Positions 25,497-40,400 of a DNA stretch of 64,000 bases are shown here, piece after piece. Below the pieces are notes generated by a model, which worked only from the letters and a program-made list of their open reading frames with translations, did no database searches and was not told where the DNA came from. The DNA comes from the human T2T-CHM13v2.0 reference genome, Homo sapiens: the NCBI RefSeq assembly GCF_009914755.1, contig NC_060944.1, one strand, 5' to 3'. The translations under genes were made by a program, and so were the position numbers. Position 1 is the stretch's first letter. Every line of letters starts with the position of its first letter.

Positions 25497-28400
25497 AGCT
25501 TGGAGGATTTCGTTGGAAACGGGTATGTCTTCAGATAAACTCTAGACAGAAGCATTCTCAGAAACTTCTTTGGGATGTTGCATTCAAGTCACAGAGTAGA
25601 ACATTCCCATTCATAGAGCAGATTTGAAACACTCTTTTTGTAGTATCTGGAAGTGGACATTTGGAGCGCTTTCAGGCCTATGTTGAAAAAGGAAATATCT
25701 TCCCATAAAAACTAGACGGAAGCATTCTCAGAAACTTATTTGTGATGTGTTTGCTCAACTAACAGGATTGAACCATCGTTTTGAAGGAGCAGTTTTGAAA
25801 CACTGTTTTCGTGGAATCTGCAAGTGGATATTTGGCTAGCTTTGAGGATTTCGTTGGAAACGGGATTACATATAAAAAGGAGACAGCAGCATTCTCAGAA
25901 ACTTCTTTGTGATGTCTGCATTCAATTCACAGAGTTGAGCATTCCCTTTCATAGAGCAGGTTGGAAACACTCTTTTTGTAGTATCTGGATGAGGACATTT
26001 GGAGCGCTTTCAGGCGTATGGTGAAAAAGGAAATATCTTCCCGTAAAAACTAGACAGAAGCATTCTCAGAAGTTTATTTGTGATGTGTGCCCTCAACTAA
26101 CAGAGTTGAACCTTTCTTTTGATAGAGCAGTTTTGAAACACTCTTTTTGTAAAATCTGCAAGAGGATATTTGGATAGCTTTGAGGATTTCGTTGCAAACG
26201 GGAATGGCTTCATATAAACTCTAGACAGAAGCATTCTCAGAAACTTCGTTGGGATGTTTCGATTGAAGTCCCAGTGTTGAACATTCCCTTTTATAGAGCA
26301 GGTTGGAAACACTCTTTCTGCATTCCCTGGAAGTGGACATTTGGAGCGCTTTCAGGACGACGGTGAAAATGGAAATATCTTCCAAGAAAATCTAGATAGA
26401 AGCAACGTCAGAAACTTTTATGTGATGGATCTACTCAGCTAACAGAGTTGAACCTTTCTTTTGAGAGAGCAGTTTTGCAACACTCTTTTTGTGGAATATG
26501 CAAGTGGATATTAGGGCAGCTTTGAGGATTTCGTTGGAAACGGGAATACATGTAAAAAGCAGACAGCAGCATTCTCAGAAACTTCTTTGTGATGTTTGCA
26601 TTGAAGTCACAGAGTTGAACATTCCCTTTGAGAGAGCAGGTTTGAAACACGCCTTTTGTCATATCTGGAAGTGTCCATTCGGAGCGCATTCAGGCTTGTG
26701 TTGAAAAAGGAAATATCCTCCCATAAAAACTAGACAGAAGCATTCTCAGAAACTTATCTGTGATGTATGTACTCAACTAACAGAACTAAACCATCGTTTT
26801 GAAGGAGCAGTTTTGAAACACTCTTTTTGCGGAATCTGCAAGTGGATATTTGGCTAGCTGGGAGGATTTCGTTGGAAACGGGAGTACATACAAAAAGCAG
26901 AGAGCAGCATTCTCAGAAACTTCTTTGTGATGTTTGCATTCAAGTCACAGAGTTGAACATTCCCTTTCATAGAGCAGGTTTGAAACACTCTTTTTGTAGT
27001 ATCTGGATGTGGACATTTGGATCGCTTTCAGGCCTATGGTGAAAAAGGAAATATCTTCCCATGAAAACTAGACAGAAGCATTCTCAGAAACTTATTTGTG
27101 ATGTGTGCCCTCAACTGACAGTGTTGAACCTTTGTTTTGATAGAGCAGTTCTGAAACACACTTTTTGTAAAATCTGCAAGAGGATATTTGGATAGCTTTG
27201 AGGATTTCGTTGGAAACGGGAATGTCTTCATGTAAACTCTGGACAGAAGCATTCTCAGAAACTGCTTTGGGATGTTTCAATTGAAGTCCCAGTGTTGAAC
27301 ATTCCCTTTCATAGAGCAGGTTTGAAACACTCTTTTTGTACTATCTGGAAGTGGACATTTGGAGCGCTTTCAGGTCTACGGTGAAAAAGGAGATATCTTC
27401 CAATAAAAACTAGATAGAAGCAATGTCAGAACTTTTTTCATGATGTATCTACTGAGCAAACAGAGTTGAACCTTTCTTTTGAGAGAGCAGTTTTGAAACA
27501 CTCTTTTTGTGGAATATGCAAGTGGGTATTAGGCCAGCTTGGAGGATTTCGTTGGAAACGGGAATACGTATAAAAAGCAGACAGCAGCATTGTCAGAAAC
27601 TACTTTGTGATGTTTGCATTCAAGTCACAGAATTGAACACTCCCTTTCACAGAGCAGGTTTGAAACACTCTTTTTGTAGTGTCTGTAAGTGAACATTTGG
27701 ATTGCTTTCAGGCCTAAGGTGAAAAAGGAAATATCTTCCCATAAAAACTAGACAGAAGCATTCTCAGAAACTTGTTTGTGATGTGTGCCCTCTACTGACA
27801 GAGTTGAACCTTTCTTTGCAAAGAGCAGTTTTGAAACACTCTTTTTGTAGAATCTGCAAGAGGATATTTGGATAGCTTTGAGGATTTCCTGGGAAACGGG
27901 AATGTCTTCAGATAAACTCTAGACAGAAGCATTCTCAGAAACTTCTTTGGGATGTTTCAATTGAAGTCACAGTGTTGAACATTCCCTTTCACAGAGCAGG
28001 TTTGAAACACTCTTTTTGTAGTGTCTATAAGTGAACATTTGGCGTGCTTTCAGGCCTAACGTGAAAAAGGAAATATCTTCCCATAAAAACTAGACAGAAG
28101 CATTCTCAGAAACTTGTTCTTGATGTGTCCCCTCTACTGACAGAGTTGAACCTTTCTTTGCAAAGAGCAGCTTTGAAACACTCTTTTTGTAGAATCTGCA
28201 AGAGGATATTTGGATAGCTTGGAGGATTTCGTTGGAAACGGGTATGTCTTCAGATAAACTCTAGACAGAAGCATTCTCAGAAACTTCTTTGGGATGTTGC
28301 ATTCAAGTCACAGAGTAGAACATTCCCATTCATAGAGCAGATTTGAAACACTCTTTTTGTAGTATCTGGAAGTGGACATTTGGAGCGCTTTCAGGCCTAT

Positions 28401-31400
28401 GTTGAAAAAGGAAATATCTTCCCATAAAAACTAGACGGAAGCATTCTCAGAAACTTACTTGTGATGTGTTTGCTCAACTAACAGGATTGAACCATCGTTT
28501 TGAAGGAGCAGTTTTGAAACACTGTTTTCGTGGAATCTGCAAGTGGATATTTGGCTAGCTTTGAGGATTTCGTTGGAAACGGGATTACATATAAAAAGGA
28601 GACAGCAGCATTCTCAGAAACTTCTTTGTGATGTCTGCATTCAATTCACAGAGTTGAGCATTCCCTTTCATAGAGCAGGTTGGAAACACTCTTTTTGTAG
28701 TATCTGGATGAGGACATTTGGAGCGCTTTCAGGCGTATGGTGAAAAAGGAAATATCTTCCCGTAAAAACTAGACAGAAGCATTCTCAGAAGTTTATTTGT
28801 GATGTGTGCCCTCAACTAACAGAGTTGAACCTTTCTTTTGATAGAGCAGTTTTGAAACACTCTTTTTGTAAAATCTGCAAGAGGATATTTGGATAGCTTT
28901 GAGGATTTCGTTGCAAACGGGAATGGCTTCATATAAACTCTAGACAGAAGCATTCTCAGAAACTTCGTTGGGATGTTTCGATTGAAGTCCCAGTGTTGAA
29001 CATTCCCTTTTATAGAGCAGGTTGGAAACACTCTTTCTGCATTCCCTGGAAGTGGACATTTGGAGCGCTTTCAGGACGACGGTGAAAATGGAAATATCTT
29101 CCAAGAAAATCTAGATAGAAGCAACGTCAGAAACTTTTATGTGATGGATCTACTCAGCTAACAGAGTTGAACCTTTCTTTTGAGAGAGCAGTTTTGCAAC
29201 ACTCTTTTTGTGGAATATGCAAGTGGATATTAGGGCAGCTTTGAGGATTTCGTTGGAAACGGGAATACATGTAAAAAGCAGACAGCAGCATTCTCAGAAA
29301 CTTCTTTGTGATGTTTGCATTGAAGTCACAGAGTTGAACATTCCCTTTGAGAGAGCAGGTTTGAAACACGCCTTTTGTCATATCTGGAAGTGTCCATTCG
29401 GAGCGCATTCAGGCTTGTGTTGAAAAAGGAAATATCCTCCCATAAAAACTAGACAGAAGCATTCTCAGAAACTTATCTGTGATGTATGTACTCAACTAAC
29501 AGAACTAAACCATCGTTTTGAAGGAGCAGTTTTGAAACACTCTTTTTGCGGAATCTGCAAGTGGATATTTGGCTAGCTGGGAGGATTTCGTTGGAAACGG
29601 GAGTACATACAAAAAGCAGAGAGCAGCATTCTCAGAAACTTCTTTGTGATGTTTGCATTCAAGTCACAGAGTTGAACATTCCCTTTCATAGAGCAGGTTT
29701 GAAACACTCTTTTTGTAGTATCTGGATGTGGACATTTGGATCGCTTTCAGGCCTATGGTGAAAAAGGAAATATCTTCCCATGAAAACTAGACAGAAGCAT
29801 TCTCAGAAACTTATTTGTGATGTGTGCCCTCAACTGACAGTGTTGAACCTTTGTTTTGATAGAGCAGTTCTGAAACACACTTTTTGTAAAATCTGCAAGA
29901 GGATATTTGGATAGCTTTGAGGATTTCATTGGAAACGGGAATGTCTTCATGTAAACTCTGGACAGAAGCATTCTCAGAAACTGCTTTGGGATGTTTCAAT
30001 TGAAGTCCCAGTGTTGAACATTCCCTTTCATAGAGCAGGTTTGAAACACTCTTTTTGTACTATCTGGAAGTGGACATTTGGAGCGCTTTCAGGTCTACGG
30101 TGAAAAAGGAGATATCTTCCAATAAAAACTAGATAGAAGCAATGTCAGAACTTTTTTCATGATGTATCTACTCAGCAAACAGAGTTGAACCTTTCTTTTG
30201 AGAGAGCAGTTTTGAAACACTCTTTTTGTGGAATATGCAAGTGGGTATTAGGCCAGCTTGGAGGATTTCGTTGGAAACGGGAATACGTATAAAAAGCAGA
30301 CAGCAGCATTGTCAGAAACTACTTTGTGATGTTTGCATTCAAGTCACAGAATTGAACACTCCCTTTCACAGAGCAGGTTTGAAACACTCTTTTTGTAGTG
30401 TCTGTAAGTGAACATTTGGATTGCTTTCAGGCCTAAGGTGAAAAAGGAAATATCTTCCCATAAAAACTAGACAGAAGCATTCTCAGAAACTTGTTTGTGA
30501 TGTGTGCCCTCTACTGACAGAGTTGAACCTTTCTTTGCAAAGAGCAGTTTTGAAACACTCTTTTTGTAGAATCTGCAAGAGGATATTTGGATAGCTTTGA
30601 GGATTTCTTGGGAAACGGGAATGTCTTCAGATAAACTCTAGACAGAAGCATTCTCAGAAACTTCTTTGGGATGTTTCAATTGAAGTCACAGTGTTGAACA
30701 TTCCCTTTCACAGAGCAGGTTTGAAACACTCTTTTTGTAGTGTCTATAAGTGAACATTTGGCGTGCTTTCAGGCCTAACGTGAAAAAGGAAATATCTTCC
30801 CATAAAAACTAGACAGAAGCATTCTCAGAAACTTGTTCTTGATGTGTCCCCTCTACTGACAGAGTTGAACCTTTCTTTGCAAAGAGCAGCTTTGAAACAC
30901 TCTTTTTGTAGAATCTGCAAGAGGATATTTGGATAGCTTGGAGGATTTCGTTGGAAACGGGTATGTCTTCAGATAAACTCTAGACAGAAGCATTCTCAGA
31001 AACTTCTTTGGGATGTTGCATTCAAGTCACAGAGTAGAACATTCCCATTCATAGAGCAGATTTGAAACACTCTTTTTGTAGTATCTGGAAGTGGACATTT
31101 GGAGCGCTTTCAGGCCTATGTTGAAAAAGGAAATATCTTCCCATAAAAACTAGACGGAAGCATTCTCAGAAACTTATTTGTGATGTGTTTGCTCAACTAA
31201 CAGGATTGAACCATCGTTTTGAAGGAGCAGTTTTGAAACACTGTTTTCGTGGAATCTGCAAGTGGATATTTGGCTAGCTTTGAGGATTTCGTTGGAAACG
31301 GGATTACATATAAAAAGGAGACAGCAGCATTCTCAGAAACTTCTTTGTGATGTCTGCATTCAATTCACAGAGTTGAGCATTCCCTTTCATAGAGCAGGTT

Positions 31401-34400
31401 GGAAACACTCTTTTTGTAGTATCTGGATGAGGACATTTGGAGCGCTTTCAGGCGTATGGTGAAAAAGGAAATATCTTCCCGTAAAAACTAGACAGAAGCA
31501 TTCTCAGAAGTTTATTTGTGATGTGTGCCCTCAACTAACAGAGTTGAACCTTTCTTTTGATAGAGCAGTTTTGAAACACTCTTTTTGTAAAATCTGCAAG
31601 AGGATATTTGGATAGCTTTGAGGATTTCGTTGCAAACGGGAATGGCTTCATATAAACTCTAGACAGAAGCATTCTCAGAAACTTCGTTGGGATGTTTCGA
31701 TTGAAGTCCCAGTGTTGAACATTCCCTTTTATAGAGCAGGTTGGAAACACTCTTTCTGCATTCCCTGGAAGTGGACATTTGGAGCGCTTTCAGGACGACG
31801 GTGAAAATGGAAATATCTTCCAAGAAAATCTAGATAGAAGCAACGTCAGAAACTTTTATGTGATGGATCTACTCAGCTAACAGAGTTGAACCTTTCTTTT
31901 GAGAGAGCAGTTTTGCAACACTCTTTTTGTGGAATATGCAAGTGGATATTAGGGCAGCTTTGAGGATTTCGTTGGAAACGGGAATACATGTAAAAAGCAG
32001 ACAGCAGCATTCTCAGAAACTTCTTTGTGATGTTTGCATTGAAGTCACAGAGTTGAACATTCCCTTTGAGAGAGCAGGTTTGAAACACGCCTTTTGTCAT
32101 ATCTGGAAGTGTCCATTCGGAGCGCATTCAGGCTTGTGTTGAAAAAGGAAATATCCTCCCATAAAAACTAGACAGAAGCATTCTCAGAAACTTATCTGTG
32201 ATGTATGTACTCAACTAACAGAACTAAACCATCGTTTTGAAGGAGCAGTTTTGAAACACTCTTTTTGCGGAATCTGCAAGTGGATATTTGGCTAGCTGGG
32301 AGGATTTCGTTGGAAACGGGAGTACATACAAAAAGCAGAGAGCAGCATTCTCAGAAACTTCTTTGTGATGTTTGCATTCAAGTCACAGAGTTGAACATTC
32401 CCTTTCATAGAGCAGGTTTGAAACACTCTTTTTGTAGTATCTGGATGTGGACATTTGGATCGCTTTCAGGCCTATGGTGAAAAAGGAAATATCTTCCCAT
32501 GAAAACTAGACAGAAGCATTCTCAGAAACTTATTTGTGATGTGTGCCCTCAACTGACAGTGTTGAACCTTTGTTTTGATAGAGCAGTTCTGAAACACACT
32601 TTTTGTAAAATCTGCAAGAGGATATTTGGATAGCTTTGAGGATTTCATTGGAAACGGGAATGTCTTCATGTAAACTCTGGACAGAAGCATTCTCAGAAAC
32701 TGCTTTGGGATGTTTCAATTGAAGTCCCAGTGTTGAACATTCCCTTTCATAGAGCAGGTTTGAAACACTCTTTTTGTACTATCTGGAAGTGGACATTTGG
32801 AGCGCTTTCAGGTCTACGGTGAAAAAGGAGATATCTTCCAATAAAAACTAGATAGAAGCAATGTCAGAACTTTTTTCATGATGTATCTACTCAGCAAACA
32901 GAGTTGAACCTTTCTTTTGAGAGAGCAGTTTTGAAACACTCTTTTTGTGGAATATGCAAGTGGGTATTAGGCCAGCTTGGAGGATTTCGTTGGAAACGGG
33001 AATACGTATAAAAAGCAGACAGCAGCATTGTCAGAAACTACTTTGTGATGTTTGCATTCAAGTCACAGAATTGAACACTCCCTTTCACAGAGCAGGTTTG
33101 AAACACTCTTTTTGTAGTGTCTGTAAGTGAACATTTGGATTGCTTTCAGGCCTAAGGTGAAAAAGGAAATATCTTCCCATAAAAACTAGACAGAAGCATT
33201 CTCAGAAACTTGTTTGTGATGTGTGCCCTCTACTGACAGAGTTGAACCTTTCTTTGCAAAGAGCAGTTTTGAAACACTCTTTTTGTAGAATCTGCAAGAG
33301 GATATTTGGATAGCTTTGAGGATTTCTTGGGAAACGGGAATGTCTTCAGATAAACTCTAGACAGAAGCATTCTCAGAAACTTCTTTGGGATGTTTCAATT
33401 GAAGTCACAGTGTTGAACATTCCCTTTCACAGAGCAGGTTTGAAACACTCTTTTTGTAGTGTCTATAAGTGAACATTTGGCGTGCTTTCAGGCCTAACGT
33501 GAAAAAGGAAATATCTTCCCATAAAAACTAGACAGAAGCATTCTCAGAAACTTGTTCTTGATGTGTCCCCTCTACTGACAGAGTTGAACCTTTCTTTGCA
33601 AAGAGCAGCTTTGAAACACTCTTTTTGTAGAATCTGCAAGAGGATATTTGGATAGCTTGGAGGATTTCGTTGGAAACGGGTATGTCTTCAGATAAACTCT
33701 AGACAGAAGCATTCTCAGAAACTTCTTTGGGATGTTGCATTCAAGTCACAGAGTAGAACATTCCCATTCATAGAGCAGATTTGAAACACTCTTTTTGTAG
33801 TATCTGGAAGTGGACATTTGGAGCGCTTTCAGGCCTATGTTGAAAAAGGAAATATCTTCCCATAAAAACTAGACGGAAGCATTCTCAGAAACTTATTTGT
33901 GATGTGTTTGCTCAACTAACAGGATTGAACCATCGTTTTGAAGGAGCAGTTTTGAAACACTGTTTTCGTGGAATCTGCAAGTGGATATTTGGCTAGCTTT
34001 GAGGATTTCGTTGGAAACGGGATTACATATAAAAAGGAGACAGCAGCATTCTCAGAAACTTCTTTGTGATGTCTGCATTCAATTCACAGAGTTGAGCATT
34101 CCCTTTCATAGAGCAGGTTGGAAACACTCTTTTTGTAGTATCTGGATGAGGACATTTGGAGCGCTTTCAGGCGTATGGTGAAAAAGGAAATATCTTCCCG
34201 TAAAAACTAGACAGAAGCATTCTCAGAAGTTTATTTGTGATGTGTGCCCTCAACTAACAGAGTTGAACCTTTCTTTTGATAGAGCAGTTTTGAAACACTC
34301 TTTTTGTAAAATCTGCAAGAGGATATTTGGATAGCTTTGAGGATTTCGTTGCAAACGGGAATGGCTTCATATAAACTCTAGACAGAAGCATTCTCAGAAA

Positions 34401-37400
34401 CTTCGTTGGGATGTTTCGATTGAAGTCCCAGTGTTGAACATTCCCTTTTATAGAGCAGGTTGGAAACACTCTTTCTGCATTCCCTGGAAGTGGACATTTG
34501 GAGCGCTTTCAGGACGACGGTGAAAATGGAAATATCTTCCAAGAAAATCTAGATAGAAGCAACGTCAGAAACTTTTATGTGATGGATCTACTCAGCTAAC
34601 AGAGTTGAACCTTTCTTTTGAGAGAGCAGTTTTGCAACACTCTTTTTGTGGAATATGCAAGTGGATATTAGGGCAGCTTTGAGGATTTCGTTGGAAACGG
34701 GAATACATGTAAAAAGCAGACAGCAGCATTCTCAGAAACTTCTTTGTGATGTTTGCATTGAAGTCACAGAGTTGAACATTCCCTTTGAGAGAGCAGGTTT
34801 GAAACACGCCTTTTGTCATATCTGGAAGTGTCCATTCGGAGCGCATTCAGGCTTGTGTTGAAAAAGGAAATATCCTCCCATAAAAACTAGACAGAAGCAT
34901 TCTCAGAAACTTATCTGTGATGTATGTACTCAACTAACAGAACTAAACCATCGTTTTGAAGGAGCAGTTTTGAAACACTCTTTTTGCGGAATCTGCAAGT
35001 GGATATTTGGCTAGCTGGGAGGATTTCGTTGGAAACGGGATTACATACAAAAAGCAGACAGCAGCATTCTCAGAAACTTCTTTGTGATGTTTGCATTCAA
35101 GTCACAGAGTTGAACATTCCCTTTCATAGAGCAGGTTTGAAACACTCTTTTTGTAGTATCTGGATGTGGACATTTGGATCGCTTTCAGGCCTATGGTGAA
35201 AAAGGAAATATCTTCCCATGAAAACTAGACAGAAGCATTCTCAGAAACTTATTTGTGATGTGTGCCCTCAACTGACAGTGTTGAACCTTTGTTTTGATAG
35301 AGCAGTTCTGAAACACACTTTTTGTAAAATCTGCAAGAGGATATTTGGATAGCTTTGAGGATTTCGTTGGAAACGGGAATGTCTTCATGTAAACTCTAGA
35401 CAGAAGCATTCTCAGAAACTGCTTTGGGATGTTTCAATTGAAGTCCCAGTGTTGAACATTCCCATTCATAGAGCAGGTTTGAAACACTCTTTTTGTACTA
35501 TCTGGAAGTGGACATTTGGAGCGCTTTCAGGTCTACGGTGAAAAAGGAGATATCTTCCAATAAAAACTAGATAGAAGCAATGTCAGAACTTTTTTCATGA
35601 TGTATCTACTCAGCAAACAGAGTTGAACCTTTCTTTTGAGAGAGCAGTTTTGAAACACTCTTTTTGTGGAATATGCAAGTGGGTATTAGGCCAGCTTGGA
35701 GGATTTCGTTGGAAACGGGAATACGTATAAAAAGCAGACAGCAGCATTGTCAGAAACTACTTTGTGATGTTTGCATTCAAGTCACAGAATTGAACACTCC
35801 CTTTCACAGAGCAGGTTTGAAACACTCTTTTTGTAGTGTCTGTAAGTGAACATTTGGATTGCTTTCAGGCCTAAGGTGAAAAAGGAAATATCTTCCCATA
35901 AAAACTAGACAGAAGCATTCTCAGAAACTTGTTTGTGATGTGTGCCCTCTACTGACAGAGTTGAACCTTTCTTTGCAAAGAGCAGTTTTGAAACACTCTT
36001 TTTGTAGAATCTGCAATAGGATATTTGGATAGTTTTGAGGATTTCTTGGGAAACGGGAATGTCTTCAGATAAACTCTAGACAGAAGCATTCTCAGAAACT
36101 TCTTTGGGATGTTTCAATTGAAGTCACAGTGTTGAACATTCCCTTTCACAGAGCAGGTTTGAAACACTCTTTTTATAGTGTCTATAAGTGAACATTTGGC
36201 GTGCTTTCAGGCCTAACGTGAAAAAGGAAATATCTTCCCATAAAAACTAGACAGAAGCATTCTCAGAAACTTGTTCGTGATGTGTGCCCTCTACTGACAG
36301 AGTTGAACCTTTCTTTGCAAAGAGCAGCTTTGAAACACTCTTTTTGTAGAATCTGCAAGAGGATATTTGGATAGCTTGGAGGATTTCGTTGGAAACGGGT
36401 ATGTCTTCAGATAAACTCTAGACAGAAGCATTCTCAGAAACTTCTTTGGGATGTTGCATTCAAGTCACAGAGTAGAACATTCCCATTCATAGAGCAGATT
36501 TGAAACACTCTTTTTGTAGTATCTGGAAGTGGACATTTGGAGCGCTTTCAGGCCTATGTTGAAAAAGGAAATATCTTCCCATAAAAACTAGACGGAAGCA
36601 TTCTCAGAAACTTATTTGTGATGTGTTTGCTCAACTAACAGGATTGAACCATCGTTTTGAAGGAGCAGTTTTGAAACACTGTTTTCGTGGAATCTGCAAG
36701 TGGATATTTGGCTAGCTTTGAGGATTTCGTTGGAAACGGGATTACATATAAAAAGGAGACAGCAGCATTCTCAGAAACTTCTTTGTGATGTCTGCATTCA
36801 ATTCACAGAGTTGAGCATTCCCTTTCATAGAGCAGGTTGGAAACACTCTTTTTGTAGTATCTGGATGAGGACATTTGGAGCGCTTTCAGGCGTATGGTGA
36901 AAAAGGAAATATCTTCCCGTAAAAACTAGACAGAAGCATTCTCAGAAGTTTATTTGTGATGTGTGCCCTCAACTAACAGAGTTGAACCTTTCTTTTGATA
37001 GAGCAGTTTTGAAACACTCTTTTTGTAAAATCTGCAAGAGGATATTTGGATAGCTTTGAGGATTTCGTTGCAAACGGGAATGGTTTCATATAAACTCTAG
37101 ACAGAAGCATTCTCAGAAACTTCGTTGGGATGTTTCGATTGAAGTCCCAGTGTTGAACATTCCCTTTTATAGAGCAGGTTGGAAACACTCTTTCTGCATT
37201 CCCTGGAAGTGGACATTTGGAGCGCTTTCAGGACGACGGTGAAAATGGAAATATCTTCCAAGAAAATCTAGATAGAAGCAACGTCAGAAACTTTTATGTG
37301 ATGGATCTACTCAGCTAACAGAGTTGAACCTTTCTTTTGAGAGAGCAGTTTTGCAACACTCTTTTTGTGGAATATGCAAGTGGATATTAGGGCAGCTTTG

Positions 37401-40400
37401 AGGATTTCGTTGGAAACGGGAATACATGTAAAAAGCAGACAGCAGCATTCTCAGAAACTTCTTTGTGATGTTTGCATTGAAGTCACAGAGTTGAACATTC
37501 CCTTTGAGAGAGCAGGTTTGAAACACGCCTTTTGTCATATCTGGAAGTGTCCATTCGGAGCGCATTCAGGCTTGTGTTGAAAAAGGAAATATCCTCCCAT
37601 AAAAACTAGACAGAAGCATTCTCAGAAACTTATCTGTGATGTATGTACTCAACTAACAGAACTAAACCATCGTTTTGAAGGAGCAGTTTTGAAACACTCT
37701 TTTTGCGGAATCTGCAAGTGGATATTTGGCTAGCTGGGAGGATTTCGTTGGAAACGGGATTACATACAAAAAGCAGACAGCAGCATTCTCAGAAACTTCT
37801 TTGTGATGTTTGCATTCAAGTCACAGAGTTGAACATTCCCTTTCATAGAGCAGGTTTGAAACACTCTTTTTGTAGTATCTGGATGTGGACATTTGGATCG
37901 CTTTCAGGCCTATGGTGAAAAAGGAAATATCTTCCCATGAAAACTAGACAGAAGCATTCTCAGAAACTTATTTGTGATGTGTGCCCTCAACTGACAGTGT
38001 TGAACCTTTGTTTTGATAGAGCAGTTCTGAAACACACTTTTTGTAAAATCTGCAAGAGGATATTTGGATAGCTTTGAGGATTTCGTTGGAAACGGGAATG
38101 TCTTCATGTAAACTCTGGACAGAAGCATTCTCAGAAACTGCTTTGGGATGTTTCAATTGAAGTCCCAGTGTTGAACATTCCCTTTCATAGAGCAGGTTTG
38201 AAACACTCTTTTTGTACTATCAGGAAGTGGACATTTGGAGCGCTTTCAGGTCTACGGTGAAAAAGGAGATATCTTCCAATAAAAACTAGATAGAAGCAAT
38301 GTCAGAACTTTTTTCATGATGTATCTACTCAGCAAACAGAGTTGAACCTTTCTTTTGAGAGAGCAGTTTTGAAACACTCTTTTTGTGGAATATGCAAGTG
38401 GGTATTAGGCCAGCTTGGAGGATTTCGTTGGAAACGGGAATACGTATAAAAAGCAGACAGCAGCATTGTCAGAAACTACTTTGTGATGTTTGCATTCAAG
38501 TCACAGAATTGAACACTCCCTTTCACAGAGCAGGTTTGAAACACTCTTTTTGTAGTGTCTGTAAGTGAACATTTGGATTGCTTTCAGGCCTAAGGTGAAA
38601 AAGGAAATATCTTCCCATAAAAACTAGACAGAAGCATTCTCAGAAACTTGTTTGTGATGTGTGCCCTCTACTGACAGAGTTGAACCTTTCTTTGCAAAGA
38701 GCAGTTTTGAAACACTCTTTTTGTAGAATCTGCAAGAGGATATTTGGATAGTTTTGAGGATTTCTTGGGAAACGGGAATGTCTTCAGATAAACTCTAGAC
38801 AGAAGCATTCTCAGAAACTTCTTTGGGATGTTTCAATTGAAGTCACAGTGTTGAACATTCCCTTTCACAGAGCAGGTTTGAAACACTCTTTTTATAGTGT
38901 CTATAAGTGAACATTTGGCGTGCTTTCAGGCCTAACGTGAAAAAGGAAATATCTTCCCATAAAAACTAGACAGAAGCATTCTCAGAAACTTGTTCGTGAT
39001 GTGTGCCCTCTACTGACAGAGTTGAACCTTTCTTTGCAAAGAGCAGCTTTGAAACACTCTTTTTGTAGAATCTGCAAGAGGATATTTGGATAGCTTGGAG
39101 GATTTCGTTGGAAACGGGTATGTCTTCAGATAAACTCTAGACAGAAGCATTCTCAGAAACTTCTTTGGGATGTTGCATTCAAGTCACAGAGTAGAACATT
39201 CCCATTCATAGAGCAGATTTGAAACACTCTTTTTGTAGTATCTGGAAGTGGACATTTGGAGCGCTTTCAGGCCTATGTTGAAAAAGGAAATATCTTCCCA
39301 TAAAAACTAGACGGAAGCATTCTCAGAAACTTATTTGTGATGTGTTTGCTCAACTAACAGGATTGAACCATCGTTTTGAAGGAGCAGTTTTGAAACACTG
39401 TTTTCGTGGAATCTGCAAGTGGATATTTGGCTAGCTTTGAGGATTTCGTTGGAAACGGGATTACATATAAAAAGGAGACAGCAGCATTCTCAGAAACTTC
39501 TTTGTGATGTCTGCATTCAATTCACAGAGTTGAGCATTCCCTTTCATAGAGCAGGTTGGAAACACTCTTTTTGTAGTATCTGGATGAGGACATTTGGAGC
39601 GCTTTCAGGCGTATGGTGAAAAAGGAAATATCTTCCCGTAAAAACTAGACAGAAGCATTCTCAGAAGTTTATTTGTGATGTGTGCCCTCAACTAACAGAG
39701 TTGAACCTTTCTTTTGATAGAGCAGTTTTGAAACACTCTTTTTGTAAAATCTGCAAGAGGATATTTGGATAGCTTTGAGGATTTCGTTGCAAACGGGAAT
39801 GGCTTCATATAAACTCTAGACAGAAGCATTCTCAGAAACTTCGTTGGGATGTTTCGATTGAAGTCCCAGTGTTGAACATTCCCTTTTATAGAGCAGGTTG
39901 GAAACACTCTTTCTGCATTCCCTGGAAGTGGACATTTGGAGCGCTTTCAGGACGACGGTGAAAATGGAAATATCTTCCAAGAAAATCTAGATAGAAGCAA
40001 CGTCAGAAACTTTTATGTGATGGATCTACTCAGCTAACAGAGTTGAACCTTTCTTTTGAGAGAGCAGTTTTGCAACACTCTTTTTGTGGAATATGCAAGT
40101 GGATATTAGGGCAGCTTTGAGGATTTCGTTGGAAACGGGAATACATGTAAAAAGCAGACAGCAGCATTCTCAGAAACTTCTTTGTGATGTTTGCATTGAA
40201 GTCACAGAGTTGAACATTCCCTTTGAGAGAGCAGGTTTGAAACACGCCTTTTGTCATATCTGGAAGTGTCCATTCGGAGCGCATTCAGGCTTGTGTTGAA
40301 AAAGGAAATATCCTCCCATAAAAACTAGACAGAAGCATTCTCAGAAACTTATCTGTGATGTATGTACTCAACTAACAGAACTAAACCATCGTTTTGAAGG

